Below, piece after piece: positions 49,059 through 59,124 of a DNA stretch of 64,000 nt. The stretch comes from an uncultured Coprobacillus sp. (lineage in GTDB: Bacteria; Bacillota_I; Bacilli_A; ML615J-28; CAG-698): contig CAYMGD010000002.1 in assembly GCA_964389905.1 (NCBI GenBank), positions 2,843 to 66,842 on the forward strand, given 5' to 3'. Each line of letters opens with the position of its first letter. Position 1 is the stretch's first letter. The position numbers and the translations under genes were made by a program. Under the pieces are notes generated by a model. It worked only from the letters and a program-made list of their open reading frames with translations, did not search any database and was not told the DNA's origin.

Positions 49059-49236
49059 GACACCCCTAAGTATTTGTAAATAGTATTAAATTATTCTCAA
49101 TTTTTGCTAAAAAATTAGTAATTCGTGAGAAAGCTTAGATACCTATATTTTTAAGTTCAAATCGGGATAATAGCCTCATCGCTTGGTTCATAGCAAAAGA
49201 CGGATGAGCCAACTGATGAAATTATTATCCATCAGC

Positions 49237-50157
49237 TTATGATAAAGTTATTATTTGTGCTCCTTGTAATAATCTTTTTTGAAGTGTTTCTATTAAGTGT
49301 GAATCAACCTTCATTTCCTTCCATGATGATAACTGTCTATTCGTTACAATAAATATACTTCTAGTTTCCTGTAAAAACATTATTAGTTTATAAAAGAGCG
49401 TTAATTCTTCTAATATTGGTGTTACATAGAATACATCATCAATTATTACCACATCAGAATTTAAGATATTATTCCAACATTTCTTCTTTATCTTAGATTC
49501 TAGTAGTAAATCATCTAATGTAACATATATTACTTTTGTTCCTTTTTCAGTAGAACAATAACCAACAATAAAGATATTTTGTCTATTTGATGAAAAATCA
49601 AATTCTTTTATTTTAGATAATTGCCATTTTAGTCCATCTGTAATTCTTGTTTCATCAAATACTAATTATTTTAATCTTGATATCTTTTTAATATCTTTTA
49701 GTTTATTATCACTTCTGATATTAACTTCTTCTAAAAGAATATTATATAGATAATCTTTATTTGAAATAGTTTCATTATTTAAATCAATAATACCATTTGC
49801 GATATTCTGTAAATTTTCTTGGTAGTTTTATAAGTCCTGTTTGTTCTCGTACCATTTTAACATATCTAAAGAATGTTGATGTAGGTATTTCAAAATCAGG
49901 AAAGTCTTTTTTATTCTATTAAATAAAACAGTATTATTTATTTGTGTGCAAATTTTTATAAGTTCTATAATATACTATCTATAATTATCTAAAATAAATT
50001 CATGTTCTTTTTGAAATTTATCAAAAAATTCTATATCTTTATCCCACCAATTACAAACTGTTTTATATGATAGATTTAGTTTTTCTGATACTTTAAGTTT
50101 TGATACTCCTAGTTCTTTTAGTTCTTGTAATTTCTTAAATTGTTCAATTCCTAGCAT
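49237..50157 (-). mobile_element. IS21-family remnant (IstA N-terminal HTH fragment plus a degraded IstB)
   Basis: ORF 49975-50157 is an IstA-type HTH start. Frames between 49237 and 49800 give IstB-like pieces (..YLYNILLEEVNIRSDNKL.., ..VVIIDDVFYV.., ..IVTNRQLSSW..) with stops, frameshifts and a missing Walker A. The total length is far too short for an intact IS21. Confidence 0.6.
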
Positions 50158-50272
50158 TTTGTCCTCCTTAGTTTTTAGAATTGTTTATTACATAAGAAAC
50201 TATATACCCTCATATGGCATAACCTTAAATAAAAAATAGCGGTTGGATTTTACTCCTTCCGCCAGTTGTATT

Positions 50273-51049
50273 TTAATATTTATAACTTATTTCATCATAA
50301 GGTAAATCTTTACTATATACTACATTATCTCCATAAATAGCTTTTAATTTATCAATGTTTATATCATCTTTTGCACTACCATTTTCTATAATATTTCCAT
50401 TTTTTAATAAGTAAACTTTACCATCTAAATAAAATGCATGATTCGGATTATGAGATGATAATATAATAGTTTTATTCTCAGTCTTAACTAATTCTTTTAA
50501 TATCGATAATACTTTATACTGATTTTTAATGTCTAAAGCTGATGTTGGTTCATCCAATATAATTATCTTTGTATTTTGAATTAATGCACAACAAATTGAT
50601 ACGATTTGTCTTTCACCACCAGAAATCTCAGACATTTTCTTATCTAATAAATAAGTTATTTCTAGTTTTCTTGCAAAACCTTCAACCACCACTTCATCTT
50701 CTTTAGTTGGAGATTGATAAAATTTCATTTTATTTATTTTACCAAATAATAAATATTCCCTTACTAAAAAATCATCAATTTGATTGTTCTTTTGTGATAC
50801 GTAAGATATTAATCTAGAACGTTCTTTGATTGTTAATTCTTTTATATTATCATTATTAATATAAATATCCCCACTATATCTCTCTAAAAGTCCAGCTAAG
50901 ACTTTTATTAAAGTGGTTTTTCCAGAGCCATTCAAACCTAATAAAACGTTAATAGTTCCTTCTTCAAATGACGTTGATAGATTTTCTAGTACTAATTTAG
51001 TGTTTTTATTATATCTAAAATTCAAATTATTTAATTCAATCATTCTCAC
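50273..51049 (-). CDS. ABC transporter ATP-binding protein (iron-siderophore/cobalamin type)
   Basis: 258 aa. Walker A GLNGSGKTT, signature SGGERQ, Walker B IILDEPTS. Confidence 0.88.
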   Translation of the reverse strand: MRMIELNNLNFRYNKNTKLVLENLSTSFEEGTINVLLGLNGSGKTTLIKVLAGLLERYSGDIYINNDNIKELTIKERSRLISYVSQKNNQIDDFLVREYLLFGKINKMKFYQSPTKEDEVVVEGFARKLEITYLLDKKMSEISGGERQIVSICCALIQNTKIIILDEPTSALDIKNQYKVLSILKELVKTENKTIILSSHNPNHAFYLDGKVYLLKNGNIIENGSAKDDINIDKLKAIYGDNVVYSKDLPYDEISYKY

Positions 51050-52061
51050 GTAAAGTATCCCTCCTTATAAAGAGTAATATGACAAAAATAATTGTACCAA
51101 ATAATCCAGTTACTGCTGATATAGGAATCTCAGCAGCAGTAAATGTTCTTGAAATAATATCTACAATTATCATAAATGTAGCACCAAAAATCATCGAAAG
51201 TGGTATTGTCTTTTTAGTATTTCTTCCAACCATTAGCCTAACAATGTGAGGCACCACAAGTCCAATCCAACTAATCGTTCCACATATAGCAACAGAACTT
51301 GCTGTTAAAAGCGTAGCTAATATAATAACTAACATTCTATAGAATCTATAATTTATACCTTTAGTTTGGGCTTCTTCCTTACCTAAAGCAACTACATTTA
51401 TTCTATAACTAATTAAAATAATTATAATAGAACATACAACAACAATAGGTAATAAAACGTATACATCTTTCATTGTAGAATTTTCAAATGATCCCATTAA
51501 CCAAAATGTAATAGTTGAAAGTGTAGTTTCTGCATCAGCTAAATATTTTATAAAAGATAGTACAGAGCTCATGAAGCCACCAACAATTATTCCAGATAAT
51601 GTTAATATAGTAGATGATTTATTTCTCATTATTTTAGCAATAAATAAAGTTAAAAATACAGTAAGTATTCCGACTATAAATGCAAATACACTTACAAAAA
51701 CTGTAGACAAACCAATCAATATTGCAAAGGCGGCTCCAACACCAGCACCTGATGATACGCCAAGTAAATCTGGTGAAACTAATTTATTTTGAAATACCTC
51801 TTGATATAATAATCCAGAAACACTTAAAGCTAATCCAGTTAATGCGGTTATAATAGTTCTGGGGATTCTTAAATTTATAATAATACTTCTTTCAATATCA
51901 TATCCTTCATTTGTAAATAATAATTTAAAAAACATAGAAATAGAAATCTTATATCTTCCTAATATTAATGCTAATATAAAAACTAAAATAAATGAAGTTA
52001 TTCCTATTATATAATATACATAAGAAGGAATTTTCTTCGATGGTTTATTCAAGTGAACCAC
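51036..52061 (-). CDS. FecCD-family ABC transporter permease
   Basis: 341 aa, polytopic, with a typical FecCD/BtuC-like sequence. Confidence 0.85.
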   Translation of the reverse strand: MVHLNKPSKKIPSYVYYIIGITSFILVFILALILGRYKISISMFFKLLFTNEGYDIERSIIINLRIPRTIITALTGLALSVSGLLYQEVFQNKLVSPDLLGVSSGAGVGAAFAILIGLSTVFVSVFAFIVGILTVFLTLFIAKIMRNKSSTILTLSGIIVGGFMSSVLSFIKYLADAETTLSTITFWLMGSFENSTMKDVYVLLPIVVVCSIIIILISYRINVVALGKEEAQTKGINYRFYRMLVIILATLLTASSVAICGTISWIGLVVPHIVRLMVGRNTKKTIPLSMIFGATFMIIVDIISRTFTAAEIPISAVTGLFGTIIFVILLFIRRDTLREND

Positions 52062-53115
52062 CTTCTCTGCTTAAACCATTTAACATATTATTAGCTTCTA
52101 TATCTGTAATATTAATATTAAAGAATTCTTTACTTATTTCTTGTATTTGAGTTTTTACATCATAATCAAATAAATCAGGATATAATTTATTAGCTTGATC
52201 ACATAAGAATACTGATGAAAAAACTGATAATTGTTCAAACATTGTTAGTCCAATTGGAATGTTATAAATTTGATTTTTCTTTACAGCATCTAAGTTACAA
52301 TATGGTTCTTCTTGAAGTAACTCAATTAAAGTTTTTTGGTATTTCCCTCCAATCACAAAAACATCTGGATTTAGTGAACAAATTTCTTCTGCAGAAGGTT
52401 TATTTGTTTCGAACTTATCATGTAATGGAATCATGCCTAAAACTTGATAGGCATATTGAGTAAAAGAACCAACAGTTTCTGTATATCCAATACCTTTATT
52501 CTTATCTCCTCGAACATAATAAATAGTTCTTTTTTCTCCAGAGTAACTTTGCAATTTACTTTCTATTTCATTGATTGTATTTGATAAATTAGCTTTCCAT
52601 TTATCAACTCTTTGGTGAACTTCTTCATAGTTCCATAATTCTTTAATTAAATCAGCAAAGAAATAAACATAACTACTATAGTCAGGATTGCCATATAGAC
52701 TTACACAAAGTGCTGTTACTCCATGTTCGTTTAGATTATCAGCTATATATCCTTCTGGGGCAAAAACTAAATCTACTCCTCTTGATATAAAAGTTTCATA
52801 ACTTTCCTCATATGCTAAACTATAACGTGTACTAGATTTAGAATCAAAGACTTCTGCCCATTCATTTTCTATTAATGTAGAATAAACTCCATCAATATAA
52901 TCCGAAAGACCAAAAGCTATCAACAAATCATATGTTGTTCTAGATACACACGCTACCTTCTTAGGATTTTTCTCTACTTCAATTTCATTTCCCAACATAT
53001 CTTTTACTATTACTTTATCTTCATAAGATTTTGTGTCACAAGATATCATTGGAATTGATAGCATTATAATTATAATAGTAATTATAAAACATTTTAAAAT
53101 TCTTTTAATATTCAT
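52045..53115 (-). CDS. ABC transporter substrate-binding lipoprotein (Fe3+-siderophore/B12 class)
   Basis: 356 aa. Lipobox MISC. Position and size fit a class III binding protein. Confidence 0.75.
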   Translation of the reverse strand: MNIKRILKCFIITIIIIMLSIPMISCDTKSYEDKVIVKDMLGNEIEVEKNPKKVACVSRTTYDLLIAFGLSDYIDGVYSTLIENEWAEVFDSKSSTRYSLAYEESYETFISRGVDLVFAPEGYIADNLNEHGVTALCVSLYGNPDYSSYVYFFADLIKELWNYEEVHQRVDKWKANLSNTINEIESKLQSYSGEKRTIYYVRGDKNKGIGYTETVGSFTQYAYQVLGMIPLHDKFETNKPSAEEICSLNPDVFVIGGKYQKTLIELLQEEPYCNLDAVKKNQIYNIPIGLTMFEQLSVFSSVFLCDQANKLYPDLFDYDVKTQIQEISKEFFNINITDIEANNMLNGLSREGGSLE

Positions 53116-53237
53116 TTTTATCCTCCAAAGAGAAATACTTTAAACAAGCTGCTGAAGACTTAAGATATATTTTCAAGTCTTTTTCACAATTATTTTTCTC
53201 TTTATATTTTGATTTTTTTAGTTTTAAATGTTATTAA

Positions 53238-55901
53238 TTATTCTTCTAAAAATCTTGCATTTAAGTTGTTAAAACTTGATGCAGCAGATACTTCGTCATG
53301 CGGTATAAATAAATATTTAAATGCTTTGTGTCCGTTAGCCAAATTGTATTCAGATGCCACTTTACAATACTTAATGGCTCTATCCTTTTTAGCTAATACC
53401 TCAGGATCATTCATCTTATTTTTTGCTTTAACCTCAACTAAATAGTACATATCTTCAGTTTCAACAACAAAATCAGGTTCATAACGATGTCCTCGATTAT
53501 ATGTAATATTAAACTGATTTGCCGCAGGTCTTAACCAACGTATAACTTCAGGTGAATTATCGCAAGCAAGGGCAAATAAGCGTTCAGGATTACTATCGAA
53601 TTTATATGGAGTAGTAACAGATTTTTGAGCACCATCATATACAATAGATTTTATATTTCTATCGTTAGGCTCTTCATTGATGTTTGTTAATCCTTCACTT
53701 ATGTCAATTAAATAGTAATTGATTACAGTTTCAATTCCTTGTACGATTTCAACTATACCTTCGTACGAAACTGCAAGATGTTGTAATAATTGCTCTTTGA
53801 ATTTACTGATTATATCTTTTCTATACATCAAGCAAATATTTCTAACTTTATCTTCTTCATATTTTGCTCTGTAATGAGTTAAAAATTGCATTACGATTTT
53901 TTGTATAAGTTCAGGGCATTTTTCATAATCAATTTCATTCACTTCACGAATACCGTCTACAAGTAGTTTTTCAGGTTTTACCGTATCAAAATCAATAACA
54001 CTGCCTTTTATTACTTGTACATTTTCTCTAGAATCAAGAAGATTTCTAATCAAAATATCATTCTCAATTGGAACATAAACCATAGATGATAAATCGAGGT
54101 CAAAGTCTTGAATTATGTATTTTTCTTCTCCTAAATTTTCTTTTTTGATTTTGGGAATATACATTGTGTTTTCTTCGACTTTTTGTATTTCTTTATCAAC
54201 AGCTCCCCACATAACTTCTAACATACGTTGAATATCGGTATTATCATTGTATCTTTCGCCTATATCTTTTTTAACAGCATCTTTAACTTGCTCTACATTA
54301 ACTTTTACTGTAGGCTGTTTTTTTATAGCGTCGTTAGTCGCATTGATAATACTTACATTAACTGCATTATAGGCATCAATATGTTCTTGATTATTAATAT
54401 CTAGTCCTGCTGCAGTAAAAATCACATCTTTTCTTTCATTATCACTTATAAAAGACATTTGTACATGAGTAACTTGTTTAGATTTTTCATATTCGGCATA
54501 AATAACGCCTTCAGCATTAAAGATAGAATCGCCTTTTTGTGCCTCTGCAATAATCTCATCGAATTTATCATGAGCAGTAATAGTAATGGAATCAATCATT
54601 TTTTCGCCTGTACGCTTACCAAAAGGAAGTCTAAGTCCACGCCCTACTGTTTGTTCACGTAAGGTTTTACTAGTTGCGGTTCTTAAAGGAACAATAGTAT
54701 AAAGGTTATTTACATCCCAACCTTCTTTTAAGATATTGACGTGAATAACAATTTCAATAGGATTATCCGCTTTTTCAACTTCAAGCAATAATTGTATATT
54801 TTCTTCCTTTTCAGAGCCACTTTGATTAGAGTGTACCAAAATGACCTTGTCTTTGTATGTGCCATTTCTAAATGCATCAGATTTTACATACTCAAGTACT
54901 TTTTCTGCGTGTTTAGTATCCTTACAAACAATAAGCATAAACGGCTTTACTAATTTTTGATTATTATTAACCGCATATTGCTTAAGTTCAACTTTCATAT
55001 TTTCGTGATGACGAATACCATCATTAATCATAGTTTTGTCTAGCTCGTCCTCAGTAAGATTATATGCTTTAATATCTTTTCTTGTAAGAGCATAAGGAGT
55101 TCTAGTATATCCGTCTTTAATTGCTTGAGATAAAGGATATTCATATACTACGTTCTTGAATAGTACAGTTTTAGAACCACTTTGCACTTGTGGAGTAGCA
55201 GTAAGTTCAAGACCTAAGACTGGTTTAAGCGTATTAATAGCCAACGCACTTGATTTTGCTCTATAATGGTGTGATTCATCCATAATCAATACTAAATCGT
55301 CAAGACTACTCAAATATTCGAAAAAGCTTTGACCTAAGTATTCGTTTATAGATTTCATTTTGTTTTCTTCCGAGTTAAACTTGGAAATATTGAAAATATA
55401 GATATTGATAGAATCACTATCACCGATAGCGTGAGCAGGACGATTTCTATAGTCATCGTCTTTCCATATATTAGGTTGTTTAGATGCAAAGCAACCAACA
55501 CCTCTAAAAACGTATTTTTCGTTATCAGGCGAAGGATTGCCTAAATCATTTTTAAGTTTTGAATAAATAGTTAAATTCGGTGCAACGACAAAAAAGTTCT
55601 TGATACCTTTATTAGTATAAAGATATGTCATAAACGCACCCATAAGTTTTGTTTTACCGACGCCTGTTGCAAGTGCAAAAGTAAGAGACATAAAATCATG
55701 TTCAAAATCCTTGAAAATAGGATAGACATCATGAATAGTTGAAGTAGCCTCAATTAAATCAAGACTTTTAGATAATTCTATTTCATCAAGAATATCATCA
55801 AGGATTCTGATACTACGTTTTTGTGGCTTTCTAAGAGCCATTATATTGCCTATTGAATCAACAGTGTATTCAGGATATAAAACTTTATTGATATTACTCA
55901 T
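53238..55901 (-). CDS. res: Type III restriction enzyme, Res subunit
   Basis: 887 aa. Helicase motifs ATGVGKT, MDESHH and LTATP. C-terminal PD-(D/E)XK-like YEPDF...LVEVKAK. Overlaps mod by 8 nt. Confidence 0.9.
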   Translation of the reverse strand: MSNINKVLYPEYTVDSIGNIMALRKPQKRSIRILDDILDEIELSKSLDLIEATSTIHDVYPIFKDFEHDFMSLTFALATGVGKTKLMGAFMTYLYTNKGIKNFFVVAPNLTIYSKLKNDLGNPSPDNEKYVFRGVGCFASKQPNIWKDDDYRNRPAHAIGDSDSINIYIFNISKFNSEENKMKSINEYLGQSFFEYLSSLDDLVLIMDESHHYRAKSSALAINTLKPVLGLELTATPQVQSGSKTVLFKNVVYEYPLSQAIKDGYTRTPYALTRKDIKAYNLTEDELDKTMINDGIRHHENMKVELKQYAVNNNQKLVKPFMLIVCKDTKHAEKVLEYVKSDAFRNGTYKDKVILVHSNQSGSEKEENIQLLLEVEKADNPIEIVIHVNILKEGWDVNNLYTIVPLRTATSKTLREQTVGRGLRLPFGKRTGEKMIDSITITAHDKFDEIIAEAQKGDSIFNAEGVIYAEYEKSKQVTHVQMSFISDNERKDVIFTAAGLDINNQEHIDAYNAVNVSIINATNDAIKKQPTVKVNVEQVKDAVKKDIGERYNDNTDIQRMLEVMWGAVDKEIQKVEENTMYIPKIKKENLGEEKYIIQDFDLDLSSMVYVPIENDILIRNLLDSRENVQVIKGSVIDFDTVKPEKLLVDGIREVNEIDYEKCPELIQKIVMQFLTHYRAKYEEDKVRNICLMYRKDIISKFKEQLLQHLAVSYEGIVEIVQGIETVINYYLIDISEGLTNINEEPNDRNIKSIVYDGAQKSVTTPYKFDSNPERLFALACDNSPEVIRWLRPAANQFNITYNRGHRYEPDFVVETEDMYYLVEVKAKNKMNDPEVLAKKDRAIKYCKVASEYNLANGHKAFKYLFIPHDEVSAASSFNNLNARFLEE

Positions 55902-57612
55902 CGTCTTCTTCCTCCTCGTATACAGGTGGAGTTACAATATTTAGGCTATAATTATCCACGCCAAATTCACAATTTGAAAGTAATGATTGTGGTATTTTCT
56001 TAATGGAAATATTCTTAATCCCTGATATCGCATTAGAATCAAATGATTTGCAAGAGATAAGCAAGAACTCATCGTCTTTAAGTTCTGTTTTGATACTATC
56101 AATAATTTCTCTACTTATATGGTTTGTAGTAACGAAAAGATAAGAATTATTTTCACTATGAGATTGTTTCCAATAGCAAGAACTATCAGGTTCGTACTTA
56201 TATCCTTCGTGTAGGGCTATAGCCGCTGCAAGCATATCCGAATTATAATCCGTACTGATTACTTTTTGTCCGAATGCATCTTCATTGATAAGAGTAGGTG
56301 CAAGTTCATAGAAACGATAACCACCGCCACCTTGCCAATTAACTTCTCTAGAGATACCTGTCAAATCTTTACCTTCAATTACGTTATCTAATCTTATTTT
56401 AGAATGAGTATAAGCATGTTCTCCCATTTCGATACCTATCCAACGTCTACTCATTTTATTTGCAACAGCAGCAGTAGTCCCTGAACCTAAGAAAGAATCT
56501 AAAATCAAATCTCCTTCATTAGTTACAACATTTAATAAAGTTTTTATCAATTTTTCAGGCTTTTGACCATTTTTAAATGTTACTCCGCCTTCACCAGTTA
56601 AACCTTGCCACCAATCATTATTAAAAATATTTGTTATTATATCTTGTTTATAAACAACTTTTTTTTCATTATCAATACGTACAAAATCTTTCAAGAATAA
56701 AATATTACCACCTTTGTATATGTAATTAGTTATATTCTTTCCCTTGTTTTTTCCTTGAGAAGCAACATAAGTGTAAGAATATACTTTATCTTTACTATAA
56801 TCGGGAAGAGATTGTACATGAGCCAATATTTTTTTATCTCTTCCACCACTTATGGCAGCAATCCTAAATATTTTAGAATAGTTTTCATAATACATTTGCT
56901 CTGTTCTATTTTCTTTTTTAATAGTAGATACAGTAAATTTATCTGCAGTTATTTCAGCAATCTCAACATCATTTTCGAAGTTTGATACAATTTCAAAATC
57001 ATTTGACCATTTTTCAATTACTTGATTGTATACATTAGTAACGGTAGGAGCTGATGGTCCTATAATAAATGTATCTGTTTTAGTAGGATTAAAACTAAAT
57101 ATTTTTTTATTTTTCGTATAGGCTAGAATATATTCGCTACAATCAAAAAATGCATTTGCTCCTGATGCAATACCACTAGGAGCTTTTACTTTACAAGTTA
57201 TCAAAGTTAAATAATTATTTCTTCCATATATCTCATCCATAATAACTTTTAAGTAAGCTTGTTCGTTATAATCAATTTGAATAAAAATAGAGCCATCATC
57301 AGATAATAAATTTTTTAATATTATTAACCTTTCTCTCATTAATGAAAGCCAAATTGAATGTTCCAAATTATCGTCATAATGTTCAAATGCAGAACCTGTA
57401 TTATAAGGTGGATCGATGTAGATGCATTTGATTTTACCTGCATAGTCTTTTTCAAGAGCTTTAAGAGCAAGAAGATTATCACCATGAATAAGCATATTTT
57501 CGGTATTACCATTTACCACATTACTTAAGCTTTTATCTTCAATAAGAATACGAGGTTCTACATTAACCTGATTTTCTTTTCCGTACCAAGTAAGTTCTAA
57601 TTTATTAGCCAT
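55894..57612 (-). CDS. mod: Type III DNA methyltransferase, Mod subunit (beta-class N6A/N4C)
   Basis: 572 aa. DPPYNT (motif IV) precedes FLGSGTT (motif I). Confidence 0.9.
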   Translation of the reverse strand: MANKLELTWYGKENQVNVEPRILIEDKSLSNVVNGNTENMLIHGDNLLALKALEKDYAGKIKCIYIDPPYNTGSAFEHYDDNLEHSIWLSLMRERLIILKNLLSDDGSIFIQIDYNEQAYLKVIMDEIYGRNNYLTLITCKVKAPSGIASGANAFFDCSEYILAYTKNKKIFSFNPTKTDTFIIGPSAPTVTNVYNQVIEKWSNDFEIVSNFENDVEIAEITADKFTVSTIKKENRTEQMYYENYSKIFRIAAISGGRDKKILAHVQSLPDYSKDKVYSYTYVASQGKNKGKNITNYIYKGGNILFLKDFVRIDNEKKVVYKQDIITNIFNNDWWQGLTGEGGVTFKNGQKPEKLIKTLLNVVTNEGDLILDSFLGSGTTAAVANKMSRRWIGIEMGEHAYTHSKIRLDNVIEGKDLTGISREVNWQGGGGYRFYELAPTLINEDAFGQKVISTDYNSDMLAAAIALHEGYKYEPDSSCYWKQSHSENNSYLFVTTNHISREIIDSIKTELKDDEFLLISCKSFDSNAISGIKNISIKKIPQSLLSNCEFGVDNYSLNIVTPPVYEEEEDDE

Positions 57613-57627
57613 ATAAACCTTCTCCCT

Positions 57628-57847
57628 GCACCGAATATCACATTCGACTCAGTAAACTCGTAAAAAAGCAATAATAATAGGCATAAGCCCAAGAAAACTT
57701 GAGTCTATGCCTTTGCTCATAAAAATATTTTGAGAAAATTCTTGCGAATACTTACAAATAAAGCGTGAATTATTGAAAAATTTGAGAAAATATGCTACAA
57801 TACCTTATAAAATATAATTTTTATGCGTCGAATGTGATAATCAACGC
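57628..57847. promoter_or_regulatory. candidate invertible promoter element (inverted repeats bracketing 178 bp)
   Basis: Perfect 13-bp inverted repeat: TATCACATTCGAC (57636-57648) and GTCGAATGTGATA (57827-57839). By hand it extends to 19 of 25 positions. It fills the gap between the tyrosine recombinase stop and the mod RBS. Confidence 0.55.
57773..57801 (+). promoter_or_regulatory. strong sigma-A-type promoter inside the bracketed segment, currently pointing away from mod-res
   Basis: TTGAAA (57773-57778), a 17-nt spacer ending in TGC (extended -10), then TACAAT (57796-57801), all on the plus strand. Confidence 0.55.
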
Positions 57848-57856
57848 AGTAATTGG

Positions 57857-58789
57857 CTAAAAAATAAATTGCAGTTTATTCATCATCGCAATCTTAGTAT
57901 CAAGCATACTATGAGCATATCTGTTAAGAGTAATGGATGCATTTTTATGTCCCATAATCTCAGATAATGTTTTAATATCCATACCACACTCAATAGCACG
58001 TGTAGCAAATGAATGCCTGATAGCATGAAAGTTTAATTTTCTAACACCTACTTTCTCAGTTAATTTTTCAAAGATATATTGGTACGAGCGTATAGACATA
58101 CGTTCGCCTTTTTTATTTTCTACTACATAATCACTTTTAGAGTCTAAGCTGTATTCTTTCATCATACCTATAATACAAGCAGGTAATGGTATAACACGCT
58201 CTGACGATTTTGTTTTTGGCTTATCTATGCAAACTTCCCATTCGCCCGTTTTACTTTTATCTCGATATGCAGTTTTATTGACGTGAATAATGCCTTTATC
58301 AAAATCTACATCACTCCATTCAAGTGCAATTAGCTCACCAATTCTCATACCCGAATAAAAACCTAATAAAATACCAAATAATCGTCTATCATCGGAATCT
58401 TGAATATAGGTTTCGATTTTCTTTTGTTCATCACGAGTAAATGCCTCAATCTTTTTACAATCATCAGGTATTCGTTTTAATCTCAAACACGGATTATCTT
58501 CACATAATTCCATATCAATTGCATATTCAAATGCCATACTAAGTACAGTAAGCATAAGATTAATACTTGCAGATGACATTGTATCACCACTACGTAAATT
58601 GCCATCTTTTTTCTTTTTAGAAAGGAACTCTTGTATCGTTTTCCTTTTTAAATCTTCAATAGCTATATCGCCAAGTTCGGGTATTAAATGTAATTCAATA
58701 ATGCTTTGATACCTACTATATGTACGAGGTTTTACTCGATCCTTTTCGTAAGTTTCAAGCCACATAAATAATAATTCTTTAATAGTCAT
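57857..58789 (-). CDS. tyrosine-type site-specific recombinase/integrase (short form, no arm-binding domain evident)
   Basis: 310 aa. Motifs GMRIGELIALEW, HAIRHSFAT and GHKNASITLNRYAH give the R-H-R-Y set. Confidence 0.88.
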   Translation of the reverse strand: MTIKELLFMWLETYEKDRVKPRTYSRYQSIIELHLIPELGDIAIEDLKRKTIQEFLSKKKKDGNLRSGDTMSSASINLMLTVLSMAFEYAIDMELCEDNPCLRLKRIPDDCKKIEAFTRDEQKKIETYIQDSDDRRLFGILLGFYSGMRIGELIALEWSDVDFDKGIIHVNKTAYRDKSKTGEWEVCIDKPKTKSSERVIPLPACIIGMMKEYSLDSKSDYVVENKKGERMSIRSYQYIFEKLTEKVGVRKLNFHAIRHSFATRAIECGMDIKTLSEIMGHKNASITLNRYAHSMLDTKIAMMNKLQFIF

Positions 58790-59019
58790 AGTAAAACATC
58801 CTTTTTTTATATAATTTTACCAAAAAACTCTTAATCTTGGGTTATCACGTACATTACCATAAAAAAGATGTTATATCCAATTAATAGTTGATAACTTTTT
58901 TAATAAAATAATATTTATTAGTACATTAATCATATCAGCATTTATCTTCTAGAGGTGTCAGGATATCTACAAATAAGAAATTATCACTACACTTTTGAAA
59001 TCGAATTTTCGGGTATAAG

Positions 59020-59047
59020 AAAAGCACCTACCATTTTGATAGATGCT
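59020..59047 (-). terminator. terminator hairpin after fic (copy 2 of the duplicated element)
   Basis: aaaagcacctaccattttgatagatgct is identical to 47816-47844 except for one T in the loop. Confidence 0.6.
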
Positions 59048-59124
59048 TACAATTATTTGACCTTATTTTTGATTAAGTTTTAAGGTATTAGTTCCCTTTG
59101 TAAGGGAAAATTAAAATTGTTTTT

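Noticed and set aside
53154-53184. Hairpin AAGACTT..AAGTCTT followed by TTTTT between res and the ABC binding-protein gene.
   Set aside because: The T-tract follows the stem only on the plus strand, where there is no gene to terminate. On the minus strand no U-tract follows. It is therefore not called as a terminator.
58945-58958. Direct repeat TCTTCTAGAGGTGT (58945-58958) and TCTTCTAGGGGTAT (60382-60395) flanking the fic gene, considered as possible att or cassette sites.
   Set aside because: Only 12 of 14 positions match. My rough estimate is that a match of this quality between two ~300-bp regions is not far from chance. I keep it as a note, not a claim.
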